From NCBI GenBank assembly GCA_023301785.1, contig JALZUF010000239.1, forward strand, positions 1-45,226: a stretch of 45,226 bases of DNA. The letters run 5' to 3'. The notes under the pieces were generated by a model. It saw nothing but the letters and a program-made list of their open reading frames with translations. It ran no database searches and was not told the origin of the DNA. The stretch comes from Alphaproteobacteria bacterium. GTDB lineage: Bacteria; Pseudomonadota; Alphaproteobacteria; Micavibrionales; Micavibrionaceae. Positions 9,292-15,348 of the stretch are shown here, one piece after another. The position numbers and the translations under genes are program-made. Position 1 is the first letter of the stretch. Every line of letters begins with the position of its first letter.

Positions 9292-10113
9292 CTACTCAAG
9301 TAGTTCACTTGGCACATCGTTGAGAAGGATTGTAGAAATCTCTTCATTATTATATTCCTTTGGGTCTAATTTTGTACGTATGACACGAACTACACCACCC
9401 TGCATCATCAAGGCTTTACATGCTTTTCTCGCACCGCGCACACCAGCTTCATCACCATCATACCAGACAGCAAAGTTGCTATAATTTTCTAATAACTGAG
9501 TAGCCATGCGGTCACTCAGACTTGTACCTAATGTACTAACACAGTCGTTTAATCTACCTACGCGGACAGTACTAAGAATATCCTCTGTAATAACAAGCTC
9601 GTCAGTAATTCTATCCAGTTGTACCTCTGGGTCGTGCCAGAACATACAGTTTGAACTACCCTTCTTGTTAAGATACTTAGGTTTCATAGCGTCCCACACG
9701 GAACGACTCTGTACTGCTGTAAGCTCACCGTCTTCATAGACAGGTAAAACAACTCTATTCATACACTCCGACCAACCAAACCCATAGTGTTCTATGAGTG
9801 CCGACCCCACTCCACCTTTAAGCAACCAAACCCTACCGTAGTCTGGTATGTCTGTGTCAAAGTCATAAGGTAATTCAAGCTCACCTTGGGTAGCCATATA
9901 TTCATTTAATTCTTTCCTGTGTTTAATCATATCCTTTAAGGAACGAGTACCATGAGACACGAACTTACGTGACCCATCCCCACACCTAAAACAATATGTA
10001 CTATAGCCCTTTTCAGTATGGCTGATAACTTGCGAAACGTCCTTCCGACAACAGTTTATTCGTTTTGTTCTCCCGCAAGGCAATGTCCTCGCTATCTTCT
10101 CCCATTCCTGCAT
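9292..10113 (-). CDS. DNA primase (zinc finger + TOPRIM)
   Basis: N-terminal Cys cluster CGRTKRINCC...YCFRCG. TOPRIM Glu (VITEDILS) and DxD (VWYDGDEAG). Confidence 0.9.
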   Translation of the reverse strand: MQEWEKIARTLPCGRTKRINCCRKDVSQVISHTEKGYSTYCFRCGDGSRKFVSHGTRSLKDMIKHRKELNEYMATQGELELPYDFDTDIPDYGRVWLLKGGVGSALIEHYGFGWSECMNRVVLPVYEDGELTAVQSRSVWDAMKPKYLNKKGSSNCMFWHDPEVQLDRITDELVITEDILSTVRVGRLNDCVSTLGTSLSDRMATQLLENYSNFAVWYDGDEAGVRGARKACKALMMQGGVVRVIRTKLDPKEYNNEEISTILLNDVPSELLE

Positions 10114-10246
10114 GATTAAGCTCCATAAATCTGTCCGTTGCTGTTAAGGGGTCTAAGCTCCCCATGTCACTATGCTCTGCGAAGAGAGCATGTTCTTGTT
10201 CTTGTAGTTGCTCAAGTGATAGTAGGTTCATTTGCTCTTGTGCCAA
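10013..10246 (-). CDS. Hypothetical acidic protein whose 3' end overlaps the primase by 101 nt
   Basis: 77-aa ORF. An internal ATG at 10231 is also possible. Confidence 0.5.
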   Translation of the reverse strand: MAQEQMNLLSLEQLQEQEHALFAEHSDMGSLDPLTATDRFMELNHAGMGEDSEDIALRENKTNKLLSEGRFASYQPY

Positions 10247-10397
10247 GCTCTAATAACGTACCAGTGTCAAGAGCTATGCCTTCCTTGTAAATTGTGAATA
10301 TGGTAGCACCATCCCCACGAACGCCAGTCTCTTTCCAAAACTGCTCGTCCGTGTTGAGGTTATAATGCTCTATGATACGTCTATGGATTGCTGCCAT
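10212..10397 (-). CDS. Hypothetical protein
   Basis: 61-aa ORF in the operon context. Confidence 0.6.
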   Translation of the reverse strand: MAAIHRRIIEHYNLNTDEQFWKETGVRGDGATIFTIYKEGIALDTGTLLELGTRANEPTIT

Positions 10398-10761
10398 TTT
10401 CTAGCTCTTCTAAACGCTTGACTTCAATAATCTGTCGGCATTGGCGGTTAGTAAGACCGTTGTATACATCCTTACGTTGCACACCTCCAGCCATGATAGG
10501 CATAATCATAGGTTGTGCCTCGTCTGTTGTCATGTCGCCAGCTCCAACACGTAATCCTAAATGGCGTACCATTGCGTTACGTCTTGATTGCTTCATAGGT
10601 GTACCGTCTTGCTTACCTCGTCTAATGTTAGAGGTAGGCATAATGTATCCATGATACTTATCTAGCTCTAGGCTGTCTAAGTCGATACCTTTACGTCCTT
10701 TACGTCTAGCTAGTATTAGTGCTCTACGGTTAGGGTCTTTTTGATTAAGTTTAAAGCTCAT
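10381..10761 (-). CDS. Basic hypothetical protein, possible DNA-binding
   Basis: 126 aa, R/K-rich N-terminus. TAATG overlap with the upstream gene. The C-terminal GLTNRQCRQIIEVKRLEE is faintly HTH-like. Confidence 0.7.
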   Translation of the reverse strand: MSFKLNQKDPNRRALILARRKGRKGIDLDSLELDKYHGYIMPTSNIRRGKQDGTPMKQSRRNAMVRHLGLRVGAGDMTTDEAQPMIMPIMAGGVQRKDVYNGLTNRQCRQIIEVKRLEELENGSNP

Positions 10762-11138
10762 TATCTTACGCCTCCTCGCGCTAGGTTTGTATAGAATTTA
10801 AGTTTGATATACGGGCAGTTCTTTGTGAACGTGTCATCGGGTAGAACGTGCCACCATCTATGTTTAGGGAATACACTATGTAAGTTAAATCCCCGTGATT
10901 TGGCTGCGGCTTTGAACGCGTTTCTCTGGCAAGCACTGCGCTTGAAACGTCTTGAAAGTCGAAACCAGTTGTTAAGTGTAAGCTTCTTCTGTAAATAGAA
11001 GTAGTCTTTTAGCCTAGCTCTTATGTCCAGCGCACCTATAAATGCTAGAGGCGCGGCAAACAATGTAACCTTAGTCAGTAGGAGCATAGCTAATGTGAAT
11101 AATAACGGTAAGAATACCACAAGAGCTATGTATTTCAT
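10761..11138 (-). CDS. Membrane protein (N-terminal TM segments, basic C-terminus)
   Basis: 125 aa, MKYIALVVFLPLLFTLAMLLLTKVTLFAAPLAFIGAL. ATGA overlap with the upstream gene. Confidence 0.7.
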   Translation of the reverse strand: MKYIALVVFLPLLFTLAMLLLTKVTLFAAPLAFIGALDIRARLKDYFYLQKKLTLNNWFRLSRRFKRSACQRNAFKAAAKSRGFNLHSVFPKHRWWHVLPDDTFTKNCPYIKLKFYTNLARGGVR

Positions 11139-11371
11139 ACTGCGTCTGCCAAAGCCTGTTGCATCTGGGTCAGCTCTTTAGGCTTGGCACTCTTGTACCG
11201 TGTAATAAGCCCTTGGTTGTCTTCAATGCTCTGTTTCTTAACATTCAAGTTGTCATTCAACTTAACTAGAATACCAGCTTTGTACTTTTCAGTGCGACTA
11301 GCGTTACCTTTTACTGTGCGCTGTAGTGCGCCTTTAATTTCTTTCTTAACATCAATCTTTGGTTTTGTCAT
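11135..11371 (-). CDS. Basic hypothetical protein
   Basis: 78 aa. GGAGG SD upstream of the ATG. Confidence 0.7.
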   Translation of the reverse strand: MTKPKIDVKKEIKGALQRTVKGNASRTEKYKAGILVKLNDNLNVKKQSIEDNQGLITRYKSAKPKELTQMQQALADAV

Positions 11372-11733
11372 GTAATCCTCCTTTTTTGGATATAGTTATA
11401 TAGTTGACTAGGCGTTTGAATCCACCTATTTCTTATACCTACTACACGCTTTACGAATTCAACGCAAGTAAATAATCCCATTGGTACGTCTTCATTGGTC
11501 TTAAAGGTAGGTATAGACACCTCCTGTATGCCCGTATAAAGCCCGTACAGACGTTTTTCTACGTCATCCGTACTTTCACAACCTTGAATGAATACATCGA
11601 CCCCAGCACCCCTAGAATTGAGCACAATGTAGTTATGTTCGGTCATCAAGACTATAGATACATGGTGGAACTGAGCTTTAAGTAGAACTCGCCACCAGCG
11701 GTCAGTCTCTTCGTATACTAAGAATGCTTTCAT
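11368..11733 (-). CDS. Hypothetical protein (121 aa)
   Basis: Start moved to the ATG at 11733 (GGAGG 5 nt upstream, TAATG overlap with the 51-aa ORF). The track's longer version starts at a GTG. Confidence 0.7.
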   Translation of the reverse strand: MKAFLVYEETDRWWRVLLKAQFHHVSIVLMTEHNYIVLNSRGAGVDVFIQGCESTDDVEKRLYGLYTGIQEVSIPTFKTNEDVPMGLFTCVEFVKRVVGIRNRWIQTPSQLYNYIQKRRIT

Positions 11734-11888
11734 TACACCTCCATAAAGGACACGCACATAAAGCGGTCATCTGGTCTATTGTGTTTCAGTATCTCTAATG
11801 TGTCTTTACACACGTCCATAGAGTCATAACCGTACAAACTAAGTAAGGGTATGAATTGGTCTGTTATTAGATAAACTATTGTTTCCAT
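11733..11888 (-). CDS. Hypothetical protein (51 aa; below the ORF-track cutoff)
   Basis: Hand-translated: METIVYLITDQFIPLLSLYGYDSMDVCKDTLEILKHNRPDDRFMCVSFMEV. AAGGAGGA SD upstream. This is the first ORF after the tRNA-like element. Confidence 0.65.
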   Translation of the reverse strand: METIVYLITDQFIPLLSLYGYDSMDVCKDTLEILKHNRPDDRFMCVSFMEV

Positions 11889-11905
11889 GTAATCCTCCTT
11901 TGTTG

Positions 11906-12000
11906 TGGAGAGGAGTGGTAGGGTTTGAACCTACATCCGACTGTATAGGGCTAACTACCCATTGACAGTTGAACTACCAGTGTTAGCGTCTACACTCCTC
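11906..12000 (-). ncRNA. Aberrant 95-nt tRNA-like element; anticodon and identity unresolved
   Basis: Minus-strand sequence: GAGGAGTGTAGACGCTAACACTGGTAGTTCAACTGTCAATGGGTAGTTAGCCCTATACAGTCGGATGTAGGTTCAAACCCTACCACTCCTCTCCA. It has a perfect 8-bp acceptor-type stem (GAGGAGTG/CACTCCTC), a canonical T arm (GTAGG-TTCAAAC-CCTAC) and an encoded T-CCA end. The interior carries two D-arm-like motifs but no canonical anticodon arm. Confidence 0.5.
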
Positions 12001-12035
12001 ATAAAAGAACACAGGAGGAGGATATTCCTGTGTTC
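12001..12035 (-). terminator. Rho-independent terminator candidate (possible early-region terminator)
   Basis: Perfect 9-bp stem GAACACAGG/CCTGTGTTC (12007-12015 / 12027-12035) with an 11-nt loop, followed on the minus strand by TTTTAT. It abuts the 5' end of the tRNA-like element. Confidence 0.6.
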
Positions 12036-12050
12036 ATTTATAGGGAGTCA

Positions 12051-12088
12051 AGAGCAGGGAGTGTCTGTGACGTTATCCTCCCTGCTCT
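12051..12088 (-). promoter_or_regulatory. Perfect 11-bp inverted repeat (AGAGCAGGGAG / CTCCCTGCTCT) with a 16-nt loop
   Basis: Read directly from the sequence. No U-tract follows on the minus strand, so it is not a classical intrinsic terminator. Confidence 0.6.
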
Positions 12089-12169
12089 ATGTACCACCAC
12101 CTGCGTACCGTCACGCGCTCAAGTGGTATAAAGATAATGCTCTATCCATAACTGACTTTGAACGGGTAG

Positions 12170-12361
12170 TCAATCAAACCACATGTCTTGCACGATACGC
12201 AACAGGGTTGCAACTGTTTCTACTGACAGTGCTTGATTGTTGCCTGACTCCTGACCGTGCGGCATTGAAGTCAAAACTGGTGTTGTGCCTATGTCTAAAC
12301 AGCACTCTAATTCGTTCTCTATGTGTTGCATACGCTGAGAAGTTACTAGTCTCCTTAGCAA
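12170..12361 (-). CDS. Doubtful small ORF (acidic, 52-63 aa)
   Basis: The track ORF starts at a TTG. The internal ATG at 12331 lies 18 nt from the nearest SD. A competing Arg-rich ORF (12174-12452) overlaps it in another frame. Neither has the good SD spacing seen for almost every other gene here. Confidence 0.3.
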   Translation of the reverse strand: MLRRLVTSQRMQHIENELECCLDIGTTPVLTSMPHGQESGNNQALSVETVATLLRIVQDMWFD

Positions 12362-12396
12362 ACCACGCGGATTTAAGCTCCCGCTTGAGCATATCC

Positions 12397-12690
12397 TTAA
12401 CTGTTACCATGCTCTTTACGTACCTTAATATACTCGTCTTCGAATACAGCATACACTAGCATATCCGCGTCTTCTGGGTTGTTTGTTAGCTTTTCAAAGT
12501 AATCTTGCACATCTTCAAAGGCTGGGCTTATCTCGCCTGTCTGCTCACGATAGAACGCGGTCATACACTCAAGTATTAAAGGTTGTAACGCCTGTTGTTC
12601 AAAGTACTGGTGAATAGCCTCGCATAGCTCAGTGTCTCCAGCGTCTTCTGCATAGCCTAAGCTGTGCTCTAGTATTTCATCTAATTCCAT
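12397..12690 (-). CDS. Acidic early protein (97 aa)
   Basis: ORF with TAATG coupling to the upstream gene. D/E-rich (MELDEILEHSLGYAEDAGDTELCEAI...). Confidence 0.75.
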   Translation of the reverse strand: MELDEILEHSLGYAEDAGDTELCEAIHQYFEQQALQPLILECMTAFYREQTGEISPAFEDVQDYFEKLTNNPEDADMLVYAVFEDEYIKVRKEHGNS

Positions 12691-12905
12691 TAAGATTCTC
12701 CCTGTAGTGCTACGAACTCATCATAGCTGATTTCCTGTACATCTTCAACAACTGTTTCAATAGAGTCGCGGCGTACATGAGTGTTTAGGTCTAGTAAGTC
12801 GTAAACCTCTTCTTCTTCATAACATGAGACTGCGTATGTATCAGCTACAACAACACTCTCGACTACTTTGTAGTATTTAACCATTACTCTACCCTCTATA
12901 GTCAT
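12690..12905 (-). CDS. Acidic early protein (71 aa)
   Basis: ORF coupled to its neighbours. D/E-rich. Confidence 0.7.
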   Translation of the reverse strand: MTIEGRVMVKYYKVVESVVVADTYAVSCYEEEEVYDLLDLNTHVRRDSIETVVEDVQEISYDEFVALQGES

Positions 12906-13098
12906 TCAATAGGTCTTTGATACCATCAATAGTATCCTCTACCTTGGTTGTCCATGTTAATCCATGCTCATCATCATAGCTCAGATGATACATAAACACC
13001 TGCTCACCATTTACCATATATGAGCGTTGCATGTCGTATAGCGTCCAATAGTCGTCACCTACTGCGTATATACCTAATTCTAGTTGATTCTCTTCCAT
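12889..13098 (-). CDS. Acidic early protein (69 aa)
   Basis: ORF in the operon context. Confidence 0.7.
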   Translation of the reverse strand: MEENQLELGIYAVGDDYWTLYDMQRSYMVNGEQVFMYHLSYDDEHGLTWTTKVEDTIDGIKDLLNDYRG

Positions 13099-13100
13099 AA

Positions 13101-13304
13101 CTATTCCTCCTTATGTTCGTGTACACTCTGTATCATAGTACACTTGGTTACTTTGTGCTCTGTGTAGAATGTCTCTGTATCCATAAAGCCTACCACACCG
13201 TCCTCGGTTGTCAAGCATTTAGCAGTCCATAGTCCTACTTTAACATAATCACAACCTGCCTCGTCATAGAACAAGTCGCCTATATTCAATTCATCAAATG
13301 TCAT
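13101..13304 (-). CDS. Hypothetical early protein (67 aa)
   Basis: Start moved to the ATG at 13304 (AGGAGG SD, directly after the upstream TAA): MTFDELNIGDLFYDEAGCDYVKV... Confidence 0.7.
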   Translation of the reverse strand: MTFDELNIGDLFYDEAGCDYVKVGLWTAKCLTTEDGVVGFMDTETFYTEHKVTKCTMIQSVHEHKEE

Positions 13305-13305
13305 G

Positions 13306-13497
13306 TTATACCTCCTGAACCCAAGCATCACGTAAATGTGTAGCTTTGTAGTCCCTTGCGTGTTGTTCAGCTATTCGCTTTGTTTTCCATTCACTGCGTC
13401 CCTTATGCTCTAACATACCATATTTGGGTACGTCTCTCCCATCATGTGACTTGTAAGTCTCTCCAGTGTCGACCACTACCTCGTATAAAGTACTCAT
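13306..13497 (-). CDS. Hypothetical early protein (63 aa, basic)
   Basis: ORF in the operon context. Confidence 0.7.
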   Translation of the reverse strand: MSTLYEVVVDTGETYKSHDGRDVPKYGMLEHKGRSEWKTKRIAEQHARDYKATHLRDAWVQEV

Positions 13498-13652
13498 TAC
13501 ACGCCCTCCTCTATGTATACAGTCCGTTCTAGTTCTGTGTCGTAATAAGTTCTGTCCATGTTGTCAAGTGTTTTGTTCACACCGTACACCAGTGACATAC
13601 CTACTAACATTGCCATTGTTAATAATACCAGTCCTACTACTACCTTATCCAT
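13497..13652 (-). CDS. Small single-pass membrane protein (51 aa)
   Basis: Start set at the ATG at 13652 (MDKVVVGLVLLTMAMLVGMSLVYGV...), overlapping the upstream stop. The track version starts further upstream, inside the preceding gene. Confidence 0.6.
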   Translation of the reverse strand: MDKVVVGLVLLTMAMLVGMSLVYGVNKTLDNMDRTYYDTELERTVYIEEGV

Positions 13653-14127
13653 GATACACCAACCCGTCTTCTGTAAACTCATACTCATTAGCGTTAATAT
13701 GGTCTATAGCGTATTCATCTCCACACTGATAGTCAATATCCTCGTTAAAGTCCTTCACCCACTCGTCAAGACATAATTGTAGTGTCTCAATACGGTCAGC
13801 AGGTTGTTCTAACTTGCGTAGGTGGTATAACAGTGTTTCATCACCACAGTATCCAGTGAAAGGGCAGTCTTCACCCTCATATTTGTTAATGGTCGCGTCT
13901 TGCCCATAGTCAAGATATTCAATGTTCGTGTTAATAGTAACGCCATGCGTCCCGTATTCCCAATGGCATAGCTCAATACCGAATTCATCACAGAATCGTT
14001 TTAAGCTCTCTATCCATTCATCACCCCAATGTATTTCTTGTCCATCTCTATACCAGTCAAGAGCGCATTCTTTACCCTGCTCGTCCAGTTCGTCAAATGT
14101 CAATATGTTAATTGTCTCAGTACGCAT
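13645..14127 (-). CDS. Acidic early protein (160 aa), function unknown
   Basis: AGGAGG SD. The motifs CPFTGYCGDE and NEYEFTEDG look like a conserved mobile-element family that I cannot name with confidence. Confidence 0.8.
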   Translation of the reverse strand: MRTETINILTFDELDEQGKECALDWYRDGQEIHWGDEWIESLKRFCDEFGIELCHWEYGTHGVTINTNIEYLDYGQDATINKYEGEDCPFTGYCGDETLLYHLRKLEQPADRIETLQLCLDEWVKDFNEDIDYQCGDEYAIDHINANEYEFTEDGLVYHG

Positions 14128-14149
14128 AGTCTTATCCTCCTGCTATGTA

Positions 14150-14416
14150 TTAGTTTAAGTCTTCTACTGTAATTGTACCATCTTTGATACCTGCTACCCA
14201 CTCAGCCTTATTCATATTCGTGAATTGGCGCAAGTACTTTGAAGTGGTCACACTGTAGTCCATAGCACCTGTATCAAATACTAGTCCCTTTGGTGTGTAC
14301 TTCGCAATGGTAGTGCGGTATGATTGAAATATAGTCTCGTCACCTGTTTCGATGATGAATTGGTTAGCTACCTCGTTACCTGAACGATTGCTAGTCATGT
14401 TTCTTACTGTAGTCAT
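14150..14416 (-). CDS. Hypothetical early protein (88 aa)
   Basis: GAGAGGA SD. The sequence NQFIIETGDETIFQSYRTTIAKY...DYSVTTSKYLRQF resembles a widespread phage/plasmid family of unknown function. Confidence 0.8.
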   Translation of the reverse strand: MTTVRNMTSNRSGNEVANQFIIETGDETIFQSYRTTIAKYTPKGLVFDTGAMDYSVTTSKYLRQFTNMNKAEWVAGIKDGTITVEDLN

Positions 14417-14439
14417 AATATAATCCTCTCTTATATTGT

Positions 14440-14721
14440 TTAGTTAGTATAGACCACCCATGTACGAGTTGTCAAGTTAAATCTTTCATAGCCCATTGTC
14501 TTACGTACTATTGTTACGACTGCGCTAAATACAAGCCCTGCTACGATAGCCACGCTCATGCCTGTTAATGTACCAGCCATCAATATACAAAACATGGCTG
14601 TTGCTGTCAAGTCTGCTAATACTGGATAGCCTACTATTCGTTTAAGGTTAATTCTACAGCACACCACTATAAATGCAGTTGCTACTAGAAAGCCCATAAA
14701 TAAAATACCTATAACACTCAT
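14440..14721 (-). CDS. First early gene: small membrane protein (93 aa, about 3 TM)
   Basis: AAGGAGGA SD. Strongly hydrophobic sequence. Confidence 0.8.
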   Translation of the reverse strand: MSVIGILFMGFLVATAFIVVCCRINLKRIVGYPVLADLTATAMFCILMAGTLTGMSVAIVAGLVFSAVVTIVRKTMGYERFNLTTRTWVVYTN

Positions 14722-14744
14722 AATTTCCTCCTTGGTTATACTAC

Positions 14745-14904
14745 TTATATGATTATACGTGGACTGTAGCGGCTTGCTCTTATCCTGTTGCTACCAGTTA
14801 AACGTCTTTCGATACTGCGAGATAGCTTGTCTCATATATCCGTCCGGCTATTAACTTTACCTACATGGCGGTTCATTCCCTTCGAACCACGTATAATCAT
14901 ATAA
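14745..14904 (-). promoter_or_regulatory. Structured early-leader element: perfect 18-bp long-range inverted repeat enclosing 124 nt
   Basis: 14745-14762 (ttatatgattatacgtgg) is the exact reverse complement of 14887-14904. It lies downstream of the three early promoters and 23 nt upstream of the first early ATG. Confidence 0.6.
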
Positions 14905-14929
14905 ATGGTATACATACCAAATGATTATA
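14892..14929. repeat. Nested palindrome: TATAATCAT / ATGATTATA (9 bp) flanking TGGTAT-AC-ATACCA
   Basis: Read directly. It shares one arm (14892-14900) with the 18-bp long-range repeat, so the two pairings are mutually exclusive. Confidence 0.7.
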
Positions 14930-15006
14930 ATTAAATGGATTGTCTAATTGCCTAGCGACCGCCCCATTCCCTTGCATATACCCCAAGTCAGGTTAATTCT
15001 TATATT

Positions 15007-15035
15007 AGTATATCTAAGCTTTATTTGTTTGTCAA
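15007..15035 (-). promoter_or_regulatory. Sigma70-type early promoter P3 (TTGACA-N17-TATACT)
   Basis: Minus strand: -35 at 15035-15030, -10 at 15012-15007, 17-nt spacer counted base by base. Confidence 0.7.
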
Positions 15036-15140
15036 TACTTAGTTTAAACTTATTTGATTAAAGAGTCTGACTAGTCTTATCAGTGACACTCATTCGGTGT
15101 TTGTTTGACTGTAATGTCTATTCGTTTAATCAGTGTTTAA

Positions 15141-15169
15141 AGTATCTCATATTAAATAAAGAATGTCAA
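15141..15169 (-). promoter_or_regulatory. Sigma70-type early promoter P2 (TTGACA-N17-GATACT)
   Basis: Minus strand: -35 at 15169-15164, -10 at 15146-15141. GATACT is the same -10 hexamer as T7 A1. The upstream sequence is AT-rich. Confidence 0.7.
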
Positions 15170-15231
15170 CACTTAAATTAAAAAGATTAGGTTGGTTATT
15201 ATTTACCGTGTGTTCCTTATCTTGTAATTAC

Positions 15232-15260
15232 ATTATGCCATGATGAATAACTAAAGTCAA
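15232..15260 (-). promoter_or_regulatory. Sigma70-type early promoter P1 (TTGACT-N17-CATAAT with TGn extended -10)
   Basis: Minus strand: -35 at 15260-15255, -10 at 15237-15232, preceded by TGG. It shares the AATTTAnnTGTTGAC upstream context with P2. Confidence 0.7.
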
Positions 15261-15348
15261 CAACTAAATTAAATAAAATAGATAGATATTAAAAACCGCC
15301 CGTGTGCCACCCTTTTTTACTAGTGTTTTAAAGGCTTAGATACAGAAT

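Noticed and set aside
11906-12000. Reading the tRNA-like element as a genuine tRNA-Sec or opal suppressor (95 nt, 8+5 bp stack, possible UCA loop)
   Set aside because: No 6-bp D stem with a 4-nt loop can be formed. The UCA-containing hairpin needs two G-U pairs and can collapse to a 5-nt loop. No selenoprotein machinery or in-frame TGA-interrupted genes are evident. It is kept only as an unresolved tRNA-like element.
11906-12000. tRNA-like sequence as an attP site of a temperate phage
   Set aside because: No integrase, excisionase or repressor-like gene is present. The element contains both acceptor strands rather than only a 3' tRNA fragment.
11962-12459. 165-aa plus-strand ORF covering the tRNA-like element and the hairpins
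   Set aside because: It is the only sizeable plus-strand ORF not buried in a minus-strand gene. However, it runs antisense through the tRNA-like element and both hairpins and has no SD. Every supported gene is on the other strand.
14745-14904. The 160-bp inverted-repeat element as a MITE with a target-site duplication
   Set aside because: I found no direct duplication immediately flanking the 18-bp arms, and no second copy of the element elsewhere in the genome. It is retained only as a minor alternative in the finding.
15301-15318. 16/18 match between CGTGTGCCACCCTTTTTT (plus strand) and the sequence after the RNAP stop (40546-40563, opposite strand); also the 8-bp inverted CGTGTGCC flanking the repeat array (15301-15308 / 15582-15589)
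   Set aside because: A rough expectation suggests dozens of imperfect 18-mer pairs of this quality in a 45-kb genome. The 15301 copy does not form a hairpin on either strand. I treat these as chance matches unless they prove conserved in relatives.
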